Of a stretch of DNA of 64,000 bases, positions 48,901-56,810 are shown piece by piece (position 1 is the first letter of the stretch; the number at the start of each line of letters is the position of its first letter). Source of the stretch: Candidatus Omnitrophota bacterium (GTDB lineage Bacteria > Omnitrophota > Gorgyraeia > Zapsychrales > JBDRMG01); the NCBI GenBank assembly GCA_043812495.1, contig JBDRMG010000008.1:1516-65515 (forward strand), read 5' to 3'. The notes under the pieces are model-generated. The model made no database searches. It had not been told where the DNA came from and was given only the letters and a program-made list of their open reading frames with translations. The position numbers and the translations under genes were made by a program.

Positions 48901-49146
48901 CGGACCGTCATCGAAGGCGGATTGCTTAGGGTCCGGCCTGCGATGATGACAACAATGACGACTATTATCGCCCTTTTGCCGGTCATGTTCTCTCGTGGCG
49001 CAGGTTCCGAGATCATGAAACCCATGGCTTCACCGACGGTCGGCGGCCTGGTGACGGCGACATTAGCCAATCTGATCCTTGTTCCGGTTTTATACTGCTG
49101 GATCAAAGAAAGACAATTTAAGCTCATCCAAAGAGAATCCAAATAA
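45997..49146 (+). CDS. cusA: CusA-family Cu/Ag RND efflux permease
   Basis: DAIPDI, GPDATALG, AIGVMVD, EFMPPLDEG, DPAP..M.ET, RIDMLATG. Confidence 0.95.
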   Translation: MIHKIIEACLKNRFLVIAAFVFLILWGYSSMRNTPVDAIPDIGELQVIVYADWPGRSPRDVEDQVIYPLTTGLMGTPGVKVVRSSSAFGFGLVNMIFNEGTDYYWARTRVLERLDFAKKGLPENAAVTLGPDATALGQIFWYTVEGEGYDLDQLRSIQDWYVRYQLNAVQGVSEVASVGGYVKQYQIDIDPNKLLAYNIKINDVINAVQRSNIDVGAKVFEEGGIEFIVRGVGFIKKLKDIEDIVVGSQAGTPVYIKNISTVTIGSDFRRGALDKEGQEVTGGVVLMRYGENPLKVIERIKNKIAELSVGLPPGVKIVPFYDRTGLILRSIGTLKTALIQETLITVFVIVVFLLHFWGSVIISIVLPIGILIAFIFMRQFGVDANIMSLGGLAIAIGVMVDSGCILVENIYRRIATRRHELGVEKLTPEERLDVCIDASSEVGKPVLFALLTTIIGFIPVFVLTGQAGKLFRPLAFTKTFAMVAAALIALTLLPTLSYYLLRGKLKLVEDNRTTRFLHGVYRPLISWSLKNKKLVIFFFVGIIFIGLLCGFLMKQEFMPPLDEGDLLFMPVLLPGASLTQVMDVMRKQDIIIKDEFPEVEWAVGKLGRAETSTDPAPVVMIETIIHLKDKKFWRKGMTREKLITQIQEKTRMPGVSPIMTQPIRNRIDMLATGIQTPVGIKVFGPDLNKTVEIAIQIEKIVSQVEGAVSPYAERISNRPYYEIEIDREKAARYGIKVADIQQVIMTAIGGMNLTTTVEGRERYPVRVRYLRELRDSPEAMERIFIPTQSGAQIPLAQVATLKKTPGPAVINAENTLTYARIFINVNQAKVGLIDFVENAQKAVKDKIDQGELTLPSGYFVSWSGQFESETESRQRLIPSLLIALAVILLLLYMAFKNFSSLLILATGIPTSLMGGIILLFLLRFKFSTAVWVGFIALFGVATDNAVVLLSTLDGLFGKKIPQNVEEIRRTVIEGGLLRVRPAMMTTMTTIIALLPVMFSRGAGSEIMKPMASPTVGGLVTATLANLILVPVLYCWIKERQFKLIQRESK

Positions 49147-49397
49147 GGATTATTTTCGCAAGAGCGCTTCTTTGCTGTGAATGATCTCCAACTCAAACTT
49201 CATAAGTTGAATGAAATGATGGACACTTTCTTTGTCGCAAGTTAGAATAATTAACTAACAACTCATTTATTGGTCTTTTCCTTATTAATGGAACAGTCAA
49301 TAATATTCTCTCTATACGAGAAAGAAGACCTAATATTGACTTCCACCGTTCCTTTAATAAAGAGAAAGTCAATAATATCCACAAGGAGGGCAGAATA

Positions 49398-49550
49398 ATG
49401 TGCAAAGAAACACCGGACAACGACAAGAAAAAAGGAAAAAATATTTTTGGCAGAATGATGGACAAGCTTGATAAGAAGATGGAAGAAAAGGCCAAGACGT
49501 CCTGCTGCGGCAAGAAAGATAATTCCCAGGGACCTTCATGCTGCAAATAG
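49398..49550 (+). CDS. 50-aa Lys-rich peptide with two Cys-Cys pairs (absent from the ORF track)
   Basis: AAGGAGG RBS at 49383; [50 protein letters not shown]; overlaps the permease start. Confidence 0.78.
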   Translation: MCKETPDNDKKKGKNIFGRMMDKLDKKMEEKAKTSCCGKKDNSQGPSCCK

Positions 49551-50500
49551 CTACAGACTGGTTGGTGTATTCTGTCTTTCGCCTGGATCCCGCTTCGAGG
49601 CTGGGGGCGAGCATCAATTTCTTTGTTTACGACTCGATTAAAATCCTCTTATTGCTTTTTGTGATGATCGCCTTTGTCGGTTTCTTGAGGTCTTTTTTGT
49701 CCCAAAAAAAAGTAAGGGGCTGGTTGAGTGAGAAGAAATCATTCGGAAACCTTTACGCGTCTTTATTCGGCGCTGTTACGCCCTTTTGTTCTTGTTCGTC
49801 GATTCCCATTTTTCTGAGTTTCTTGAAGGCCGGCGTTCCTCTTGGCATCACTTTTTCTTTTTTGATCACGTCGCCTTTAATCAATGAATACTTGGCTGTT
49901 TTGATGCTCGGCTTTTTTGGATGGAAGATTACCATTATGTACATTATCAGTGGAATTTGCATCGGTGTTTTGGCCGGTCTAATCCTGGGAAGAATGAACC
50001 TTAACCGGTACATTGTCAAAGATATGGTCGCTGCCAATGATCAAGTTGAGGATGGGATGGAATTCAAAGGTTTCTTGCAAAGGATTGCTTTCGGTATGTC
50101 AGAGGCCCGAGATATCGTCAGAAAATTATGGATATGGATTTTGGTGGGTGTTGGCATCGGCGCTCTTATCCATAATTATATTCCCGACCAAGCCGTTCAG
50201 TCGATTATCAGTAAAACGGGAATTTTTTCTGTGCCGCTTGCAACCATTTTAGGCGTTCCGATGTATGGGAGCTGCGCCGCGATTGTTCCCATTGCTGTTG
50301 TTTTATTCCAGAAAGGAATACCTCTGGGAACGGCCCTGGCCTTTATGATGGCAACCGCGGCCCTCAGTCTGCCGGAAGCTATTCTCTTAAGGCGCGCGAT
50401 GAAGATTCAGCTCATCGGGATCTTTTTCGGGATTACAACCTTGGGAATCATCTTCACGGGATATTGTTTTAATTTTCTGCAAAGACTTTTGGTTTATTAA
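49538..50500 (+). CDS. ArsP/DUF318-family permease
   Basis: [36 protein letters not shown]. Confidence 0.92.
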   Translation: MLQIATDWLVYSVFRLDPASRLGASINFFVYDSIKILLLLFVMIAFVGFLRSFLSQKKVRGWLSEKKSFGNLYASLFGAVTPFCSCSSIPIFLSFLKAGVPLGITFSFLITSPLINEYLAVLMLGFFGWKITIMYIISGICIGVLAGLILGRMNLNRYIVKDMVAANDQVEDGMEFKGFLQRIAFGMSEARDIVRKLWIWILVGVGIGALIHNYIPDQAVQSIISKTGIFSVPLATILGVPMYGSCAAIVPIAVVLFQKGIPLGTALAFMMATAALSLPEAILLRRAMKIQLIGIFFGITTLGIIFTGYCFNFLQRLLVY

Positions 50501-50501
50501 G

Positions 50502-50870
50502 ATGGGTAAAAATAAGAAGATATTGATTATTGACGACAACGAACAAGACCAAAAGGCTATGACGGTTGCTCTCCGCAAAGCAGGTTATGGTGATATTGCA
50601 TCGGCTCAAAATCAACAGGAGGGAATTCAAAAGACCGCCTCCCTTTGCCCCGCCATTATATTTATTGACGTTGTTTTGGGCAGCGTCGATGGATTCGATG
50701 TCTGCCGGCAGATTAAATCCTTAAACGGTTGCCAGGCGAAAATCATTATGGTCACAGGTCACTTAGATGCCGTTGAAGCATCCAAAGCCAAGGCCTCCGG
50801 GGCCGATGAAATTATTGAGAAGACATTTGGCTTCGCGAATCTGTCCAAAACGATTGAAAGTATCCTCTGA
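50502..50870 (+). CDS. Single-domain response regulator
   Basis: ILIIDD, FIDVVL..DGF, MVTG, K. Confidence 0.88.
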   Translation: MGKNKKILIIDDNEQDQKAMTVALRKAGYGDIASAQNQQEGIQKTASLCPAIIFIDVVLGSVDGFDVCRQIKSLNGCQAKIIMVTGHLDAVEASKAKASGADEIIEKTFGFANLSKTIESIL

Positions 50871-50899
50871 TTTTTTTAAAGAATTTATGGTAAATCCAT

Positions 50900-50932
50900 A
50901 GGCAATTCACCAATGTGAATTGCCTTTCATTT
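50900..50932 (+). terminator. Possible terminator
   Basis: AGGCAATTCAC-CAAT-GTGAATTGCCT followed by TTCATTTT. Confidence 0.5.
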
Positions 50933-51018
50933 TAGAGGTAGAAAGAATTAGGATATTTTTTGTATAAAAAAGTCGAAATTGTTATAATAGACTAACTAGC
51001 AAAACTTATGAGTCATCC

Positions 51019-52947
51019 ATGACGGGTAAAACAGTCCATAAACTCCGGTTCAAAAATTTCAAGATTCGCCAAAAGCTCATCCTGATCCTGTTGGTCATTT
51101 CTTTGATTCCGCTTTTGGCCGTCAGCATCTATAATTTCTACTACGCAAAATCAGAACTTGAAAAGAAGGCCATTGACCGACTGAAGGCCGTAACCCTGGC
51201 GCGGGAAGCCCATATCAATCACTTCATCCAATTGCGGCAGGAGCAAGCCAAGCAAATTGCCGGCGGTTTTTTGCCTCGTCAGTTAAGAGAATCCGGCCTC
51301 AATGATCCGGAAATTGTTCGCGGTATCCAGGCTGATATTAATGCCGCTTTCTACGATTTAAATCTGGAACCCTCCGGATATTACAAAAATATCGATCAGA
51401 AGACAGACATTGAAATCATCGGCATATGGGATGTTCTCGGGACGATCATCGCCAATACCAACAGAGACCTGATCGGGAAAAAAATGCCCATTGAATATAT
51501 GCAGAATGTCTATAAACAGGGGACATTTTTCGGAGGGCTTGAGAAGGATCCTCTGACCGGAAAGAATTTCTTAATTATCTTAGAACTGATCCGCAATTGG
51601 AGAACAAATGAAATCGTGGGGGCTGTTTCATTAAAGATCAGAGCCAAGACGCTTAATGAAATCACAACCGCCGGAGAAGGCTTAGGCCAGACCGGCGAAA
51701 GCTATATTGTCGATAAGCATTACCGTATGATCACGCCGTCGCGTTTTGCGGATAATGCAATTCTCAAGCTTAGCGTTAAAACCGAAGGGACCCGGGCCTG
51801 CTTTCGGCAAACCAAAGCACCCACCCTCTACAAGAATTATCGGGATACCTTAGTCTTGGGCGTCCAAAGATATCTGCCGGATGAGGATTGGTGTCTTGTA
51901 ACGGAAATTAATGCCAACGAGGCCTTTGCGACGACAGAGGCCCTGCGTAACCGGACGCTCGTGATCGGAGGGCTTTTTCTTTTTGTTATTTTATTCTTGA
52001 CCTATAAAGCCACAGAGTCTTTTGTCCAGCCTATTATCAAACTGCGCAATGCCTCGAGTCAGGTGGCCCAGGGCGATTATGATGTTGTGCTTCATGAAGA
52101 TAGCCAGGATGAAATCGGAGAGCTCTCTAAAGTGTTCAATGAAATGGCCAAAAATCTAACCGCTTTCAAGTCGGAATTGGAAGAAAAAAACAAAGAGCTT
52201 TTTAAGAGCCTTGCGGTATCCACTCAACAGAAGAAGGAATTAAAGAAAGTCAACCAGGAGCTGGATAGTTTCGTTTATACGGCCAGTCATGATCTTCGCG
52301 CACCTTTGCGCGGCATTGCTTCCTTCGCCACTTTCTTAGAAGAAGATTACAAGAACAAACTTGACGATGAAGGGAAAGGCTATATTGACGAAATTCGAAA
52401 AGGCGCGACCAAAATGAACGCCCTCATCGAGGACTTGCTGTCCTTGTCCCGTATTTCCCGCATCAAGAATCCTTACGAAGATGTGCCGATCAGGCCATTG
52501 ATTGATTCCGTCTTGGAGCGCATCAAAGTCGATATCCAAAAGGAAAAAGTCCGCTTGATCATTGCGGAGAATTTGCCGACCGTTTACTGCGACCGCATTA
52601 AGATGGCCGAGGTGTTCTTGAATCTCATTAACAATGCGATCAAATTTTCCTCAAAAAACAACAAAGACCATCCTCAGGTGGAAATTGGCTATATGGCTGA
52701 GGATGACCATCATAAATTTTTCGTAAAAGACAACGGTATCGGGATTGATCCCAAATACCATGAACAAATATTCGGTATCTTTAAACGCTTACATACGGAC
52801 AAGGAATATGAAGGAACGGGAGCGGGTTTAAGCATTATTAAACGCGTAATCGATGATCACCACGGCAAAATTTGGATCGAATCGAAACTCGGACAGGGCG
52901 CCGCGTTCTTTTTTACGATCCCCAAGAATTTATTCTACTTTGCATAA
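51019..52947 (+). CDS. Sensor histidine kinase (TM-Cache-TM-HAMP-HisKA-HATPase)
   Basis: GLGQTGESYIV, DEIGEL...FNEM, ASHDLRAPLR, DNGIGI, GTGAGL. Confidence 0.93.
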   Translation: MTGKTVHKLRFKNFKIRQKLILILLVISLIPLLAVSIYNFYYAKSELEKKAIDRLKAVTLAREAHINHFIQLRQEQAKQIAGGFLPRQLRESGLNDPEIVRGIQADINAAFYDLNLEPSGYYKNIDQKTDIEIIGIWDVLGTIIANTNRDLIGKKMPIEYMQNVYKQGTFFGGLEKDPLTGKNFLIILELIRNWRTNEIVGAVSLKIRAKTLNEITTAGEGLGQTGESYIVDKHYRMITPSRFADNAILKLSVKTEGTRACFRQTKAPTLYKNYRDTLVLGVQRYLPDEDWCLVTEINANEAFATTEALRNRTLVIGGLFLFVILFLTYKATESFVQPIIKLRNASSQVAQGDYDVVLHEDSQDEIGELSKVFNEMAKNLTAFKSELEEKNKELFKSLAVSTQQKKELKKVNQELDSFVYTASHDLRAPLRGIASFATFLEEDYKNKLDDEGKGYIDEIRKGATKMNALIEDLLSLSRISRIKNPYEDVPIRPLIDSVLERIKVDIQKEKVRLIIAENLPTVYCDRIKMAEVFLNLINNAIKFSSKNNKDHPQVEIGYMAEDDHHKFFVKDNGIGIDPKYHEQIFGIFKRLHTDKEYEGTGAGLSIIKRVIDDHHGKIWIESKLGQGAAFFFTIPKNLFYFA

Positions 52948-53046
52948 CCAATGGAAATAATAGTATCTGCTTCGTAGAATATTCTCCTCGGAATAATTCT
53001 CCGAAGCCTGTACCATTATGTTCCATTAGTAAGGCGAAGGAGAATA
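52930..53046. repeat. Family B inverted doublet; overlaps the last codons and stop of the kinase
   Basis: TATTCTA-CTTTG..CTTCG-TAGAATA and inverted ATTCTC-CGAAG..CGAAG-GAGAAT; homologous to 18507-18693. Confidence 0.85.
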
Positions 53047-53106
53047 AAGGAAAAAGAGAAGCATACTGAAGAGAATCCTTCATCATAAAAATAAGAAAAT
53101 TGTCTT

Positions 53107-53583
53107 ATGACCCCAGACGCAAACAAGGAACCGATAAAAGATTTTCCCCTGGACATTCTCCTGGTGGAGGATAGTGAAGCGGATATCATCATCACCAAAA
53201 GGGCTTTTAAGAACGCAAAATTAAAGAATAACCTTTTCATTGTCGGCAATGGCCAAGAGTGTCTTGACTTTGTCCGCCATGGGGGCGCTTATCAAGACAA
53301 ACAAAAATATCCGCGACCGGACCTTATTTTTCTCGATGTCAATATGCCCAAGATAGATGGGTTTAGCGTCTTAGAGGTCCTCAAAGAAGAAGAACGAACC
53401 AGGACGATTCCCATCATTATGCTGACAGGATCAAAAAATGAAAGCGATATTATGAAAAGCTATATGCTGGGCGCCAACAGTTTCATTCAGAAGCCCGTAA
53501 CTTATGAAGAATTTGTCGAGATCATCGATGGATTCAACTTTTATTGGCATAGAATTAACCGATTACCTCAGAAAAATCAATAA
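53107..53583 (+). CDS. Rcp1-like single-domain response regulator
   Basis: ILLVEDS..D, PRPDLIFLDVNMPKIDG, SY.LGANSFIQKPV, FYW. Confidence 0.92.
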   Translation: MTPDANKEPIKDFPLDILLVEDSEADIIITKRAFKNAKLKNNLFIVGNGQECLDFVRHGGAYQDKQKYPRPDLIFLDVNMPKIDGFSVLEVLKEEERTRTIPIIMLTGSKNESDIMKSYMLGANSFIQKPVTYEEFVEIIDGFNFYWHRINRLPQKNQ

Positions 53584-53594
53584 GAGGCGAAACG

Positions 53595-53960
53595 ATGGCC
53601 GGAAAAATATTACTTATTGATGACAACGAACAAGATCTCAAAATCATGAAAAGGTATCTGAGCCCCCTTGGTTTCGATGAAATCTTAATGGCCGAAACCG
53701 GAGAGCAGGGCCTTGAGCTGGCCAAGACCGAGCAACCGGACATTGTCATCACGGATACGCAAATGCCGGGGGTGGACGGATTCGAGGTCTGTCAGAAAAT
53801 CAAGGAAGCCGGTTTAGAAAGCAAAGTGATCATCATCACCGGACACATTGATGCCGTGGATGCGGTCAAAGCCATAAAAATGGGAGCCGCCGATTATTGC
53901 GTTAAAACAGATGATTACGATTTTCTCTTACAAGCTGTTAAAGGACAAATGTCCGCGTAA
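53595..53960 (+). CDS. Single-domain response regulator
   Basis: ILLIDD, ITDTQMPGVDG, ITG, K. Confidence 0.9.
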   Translation: MAGKILLIDDNEQDLKIMKRYLSPLGFDEILMAETGEQGLELAKTEQPDIVITDTQMPGVDGFEVCQKIKEAGLESKVIIITGHIDAVDAVKAIKMGAADYCVKTDDYDFLLQAVKGQMSA

Positions 53961-53997
53961 ATTTTACAAGACTTTAAAGAAGAAATAGTTAATTCTT

Positions 53998-54044
53998 ATT
54001 TGCTGTACCCAGCCCGCCGTTGAATCAATGGCGGGCCTCATTGA
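53998..54044 (+). repeat. Collapsed family A element (both ends plus one hairpin)
   Basis: ATTTGCT..GCCCGCCGTTGAATCAATGGCGGGC-CTCATTGA. Confidence 0.75.
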
Positions 54045-54056
54045 AAGGACAAAACG

Positions 54057-54422
54057 ATGATTAAAAAAATTCTCATTGTCGAAGATAATGAAGTGGATCG
54101 AAAATTGATGCTGCGAGCCTTGATCAGCGCCGGTTATGCGAATGATATCTACGTAGCTGACTCCGGAGAGAAGGGAGTCGAACGATTTAAGGACAATAAG
54201 CCGGATGTCGTCGTTTTGGATACGGTTTTGCCGGGCATGGATGGCTTCGAAACCTGCAAAAGGATTAAAGATATCGATCAGAACGCGAACATCATCATCT
54301 TGACCGGTGAGATGGGCGCATTAAACCGTGAAAAAGCCAAAGAAGCCGGCGCCAATGAATATATCGCCAAAGGCTTGAACTATGCCGCCCTCAAAGATGT
54401 TTTCTGTAAAATCAATCAGTAA
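54057..54422 (+). CDS. Single-domain response regulator
   Basis: ILIVED, VLDTVLPGMDG, LTG, K. Confidence 0.9.
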   Translation: MIKKILIVEDNEVDRKLMLRALISAGYANDIYVADSGEKGVERFKDNKPDVVVLDTVLPGMDGFETCKRIKDIDQNANIIILTGEMGALNREKAKEAGANEYIAKGLNYAALKDVFCKINQ

Positions 54423-54677
54423 TTTTACCTTCAAGATTATCAGCTTGTTCCCGCCTTATTATTTATATTGATTGTCCCAAGATTTGCCTAACTGTCTGCC
54501 CTACTAAAAGAAGGCAAATTTTATTCAAAAAGAAAAAATGGAAATTTTTGGCATTATATTCTATAATACTAATTCTTATATTGATTTATAGAGATCATAA
54601 TGTTTATTCCTAACTTCATAAGTGGCAATATGTTTAAGCTTTAGAGAAAATATACTAAATAATCGGGAAGATGCAAA

Positions 54678-56810
54678 ATGGCCAAGAAAGCTGAAAAAGA
54701 ACAAACCTTTGAAAAGATCAATCCGCATCATCAAGTCAGCATCGAGAATGTCAGTCCACAAGTCGATCATGGCAGGTTTCCGGCGAAACGCGTTGTGGGT
54801 GAAAAAGTCACGGTTCAGGCCGATATTTTTGTAGGCGGTCATGATGAGGTTAGCGCGCGATTGCTGTATCGCAAGGCAGATGAAAAAGACTGGCATATTG
54901 TGCCTATGACGTTTCTTTCAAATGATATATGGCAGGGAGAATTTACTATCGAAGAGCAACTTTCCTATTGTTTTACCGTGCAAGGATGGGTGGATCATTT
55001 TCAGACGTGGCAAAAGGATTTGCGCAAAAGGTTTGAAGCCCATCAAGATCTCAAGGTCGAGCTTCTGATCGGCATAAAAATATTGGAAGAACTGATCCGG
55101 GATCATAAGGGAGACGGTCCGGGAAAGATCAGGAAATTTGTTAAAGCTATCCAGGATGCTAAGGATATATCCAAGGCCGCATCTTTAGCTCTTGAGAGGG
55201 AACTGCTTGATTTTGCTAGAAGCATTCCGGATGAAAAAAGCCTTGTGACTTATGGAAAAACACTCGAAATCATTGTTGACCGACCCAAAGCCCTCTTTAG
55301 CACGTGGTATGAGTTTTTTCCTCGCTCCTTCGGGACGGACGGACGGCATGGAACATTTAAAGATACTGAAAAAATTTTGCCCGAAATTGCCCGCATGGGT
55401 TTTGACGTTGTCTATTTGCCCCCGATCCATCCGATCGGAAAAACGCATCGAAAAGGCAAGAATAACTCACCCTCTTGCTTGCCTCAAGATCCGGGAAGCC
55501 CCTGGGCGATTGGCTCAAAAGAAGGCGGCCATAAAGCCATTCATTCTCAATTAGGGACTATGAAGGATTTTCTGCATTTTGTTGACCGCGCGAAAAGTTT
55601 TAATCTTGAAGTGGCTATGGACCTGGCCTTTCAATGTTCTGCGGACCATCCGTATGTAAAAGAACATCCCGAATGGTTTAAGAGGCGGCCGGACGGAACT
55701 ATTCAATTTGCCGAGAATCCGCCCAAAAAATACGAAGATATTTATCCTTTGAATTTTGATACGCAAGATTGGGAATCGCTTTGGCAAGAGCTCAAGAGTA
55801 TTGTGGTGTTCTGGCTTGAGAAAGGCGTGCGTATTTTTCGCGTTGATAATCCGCACACCAAACCCTTTGCCTTTTGGTCATGGTTGATCAAGGAAATAAC
55901 GAAAGACTATCCTGACGTGATTTTTCTCTCCGAGGCCTTTACGCGGCCCAAGGTCATGCAGCAGCTGGCCAAGCTGGGTTTTCATCAATCGTATACTTAT
56001 TTTACTTGGCGTACGTCTAAATGGGATTTCACCCAGTACATGAACGAATTGACAAAAACAGAAATAGCCGATTATTTCCGACCCAATTTCTGGACCAACA
56101 CACCCGATATCTTGGCCTATCATTTTCAGTATGCGGGCAGGCCTATGTTTGTCGTTCGCTTTCTTCTCGCCGCGACTTTGTCATCCAACTATGGTCTCTA
56201 TGGACCGGCCTTTGAGCTCTGCGTGAACGAGCCCGTCGGAGGCAAAGAAGAATACCTTTATTCAGAGAAATACGAGCTTAAGAAATGGAATTGGGATCAA
56301 GAGGGAAATCTAAAAGATCTTATCGCGCACATTAATCAAATCCGAAAAGAGAATCCGGCCTTACAGCAGACGTGCAATATTCAATTTTGTGAGATTCCTA
56401 ACGGTGCCCTTTTGTGTTATCTCAAGAGCGATGATAAAAAAGAGAATCTTCTTCTGATCGCCATCAATTTGGATTGTTATTGCACGCAATCGGGTTGGGT
56501 GCGAATTCCTCTGAGTGAATACGGATTAGATGCGTCCAAGTCCTATAAAGTCGTAGATCTCATCACAAAAGATAAATACATCTGGCACGGAGAATGGAAT
56601 TATATTCAGCTCAATCCCTTTATCATGCCGGCCCATATTTTTCGTATAGGAAGAATACAGAAGAATAATAGAAGGACATTAACGTGCCTTATCGAGATTC
56701 AAAACTCAGCGATGATCCCCAATGGTATAAAGATGCCGTTATTTACCAGACGCATGTCAAATGCTTTTATGACAGCAACGGGGACGGTATCGGAGACTTC
56801 AAAGGTCTAA
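54678..56810 (+). CDS. glgE: Alpha-1,4-glucan:maltose-1-phosphate maltosyltransferase (3' end possibly frameshift-extended)
   Basis: WYEFFPRS, PPIHPIG, ENPPKKYEDIYP, FRVDNPHTKP, NTPDIL. Confidence 0.95.
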   Translation: MAKKAEKEQTFEKINPHHQVSIENVSPQVDHGRFPAKRVVGEKVTVQADIFVGGHDEVSARLLYRKADEKDWHIVPMTFLSNDIWQGEFTIEEQLSYCFTVQGWVDHFQTWQKDLRKRFEAHQDLKVELLIGIKILEELIRDHKGDGPGKIRKFVKAIQDAKDISKAASLALERELLDFARSIPDEKSLVTYGKTLEIIVDRPKALFSTWYEFFPRSFGTDGRHGTFKDTEKILPEIARMGFDVVYLPPIHPIGKTHRKGKNNSPSCLPQDPGSPWAIGSKEGGHKAIHSQLGTMKDFLHFVDRAKSFNLEVAMDLAFQCSADHPYVKEHPEWFKRRPDGTIQFAENPPKKYEDIYPLNFDTQDWESLWQELKSIVVFWLEKGVRIFRVDNPHTKPFAFWSWLIKEITKDYPDVIFLSEAFTRPKVMQQLAKLGFHQSYTYFTWRTSKWDFTQYMNELTKTEIADYFRPNFWTNTPDILAYHFQYAGRPMFVVRFLLAATLSSNYGLYGPAFELCVNEPVGGKEEYLYSEKYELKKWNWDQEGNLKDLIAHINQIRKENPALQQTCNIQFCEIPNGALLCYLKSDDKKENLLLIAINLDCYCTQSGWVRIPLSEYGLDASKSYKVVDLITKDKYIWHGEWNYIQLNPFIMPAHIFRIGRIQKNNRRTLTCLIEIQNSAMIPNGIKMPLFTRRMSNAFMTATGTVSETSKV

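Noticed and set aside
2751-54044. Constant-variable-constant layout of family A as a CRISPR array or integron attC sites
   Set aside because: Copies are dispersed singly, the variable parts are self-complementary hairpins, there are no cas or intI genes, and no RYYYAAC/GTTRRRY ends.
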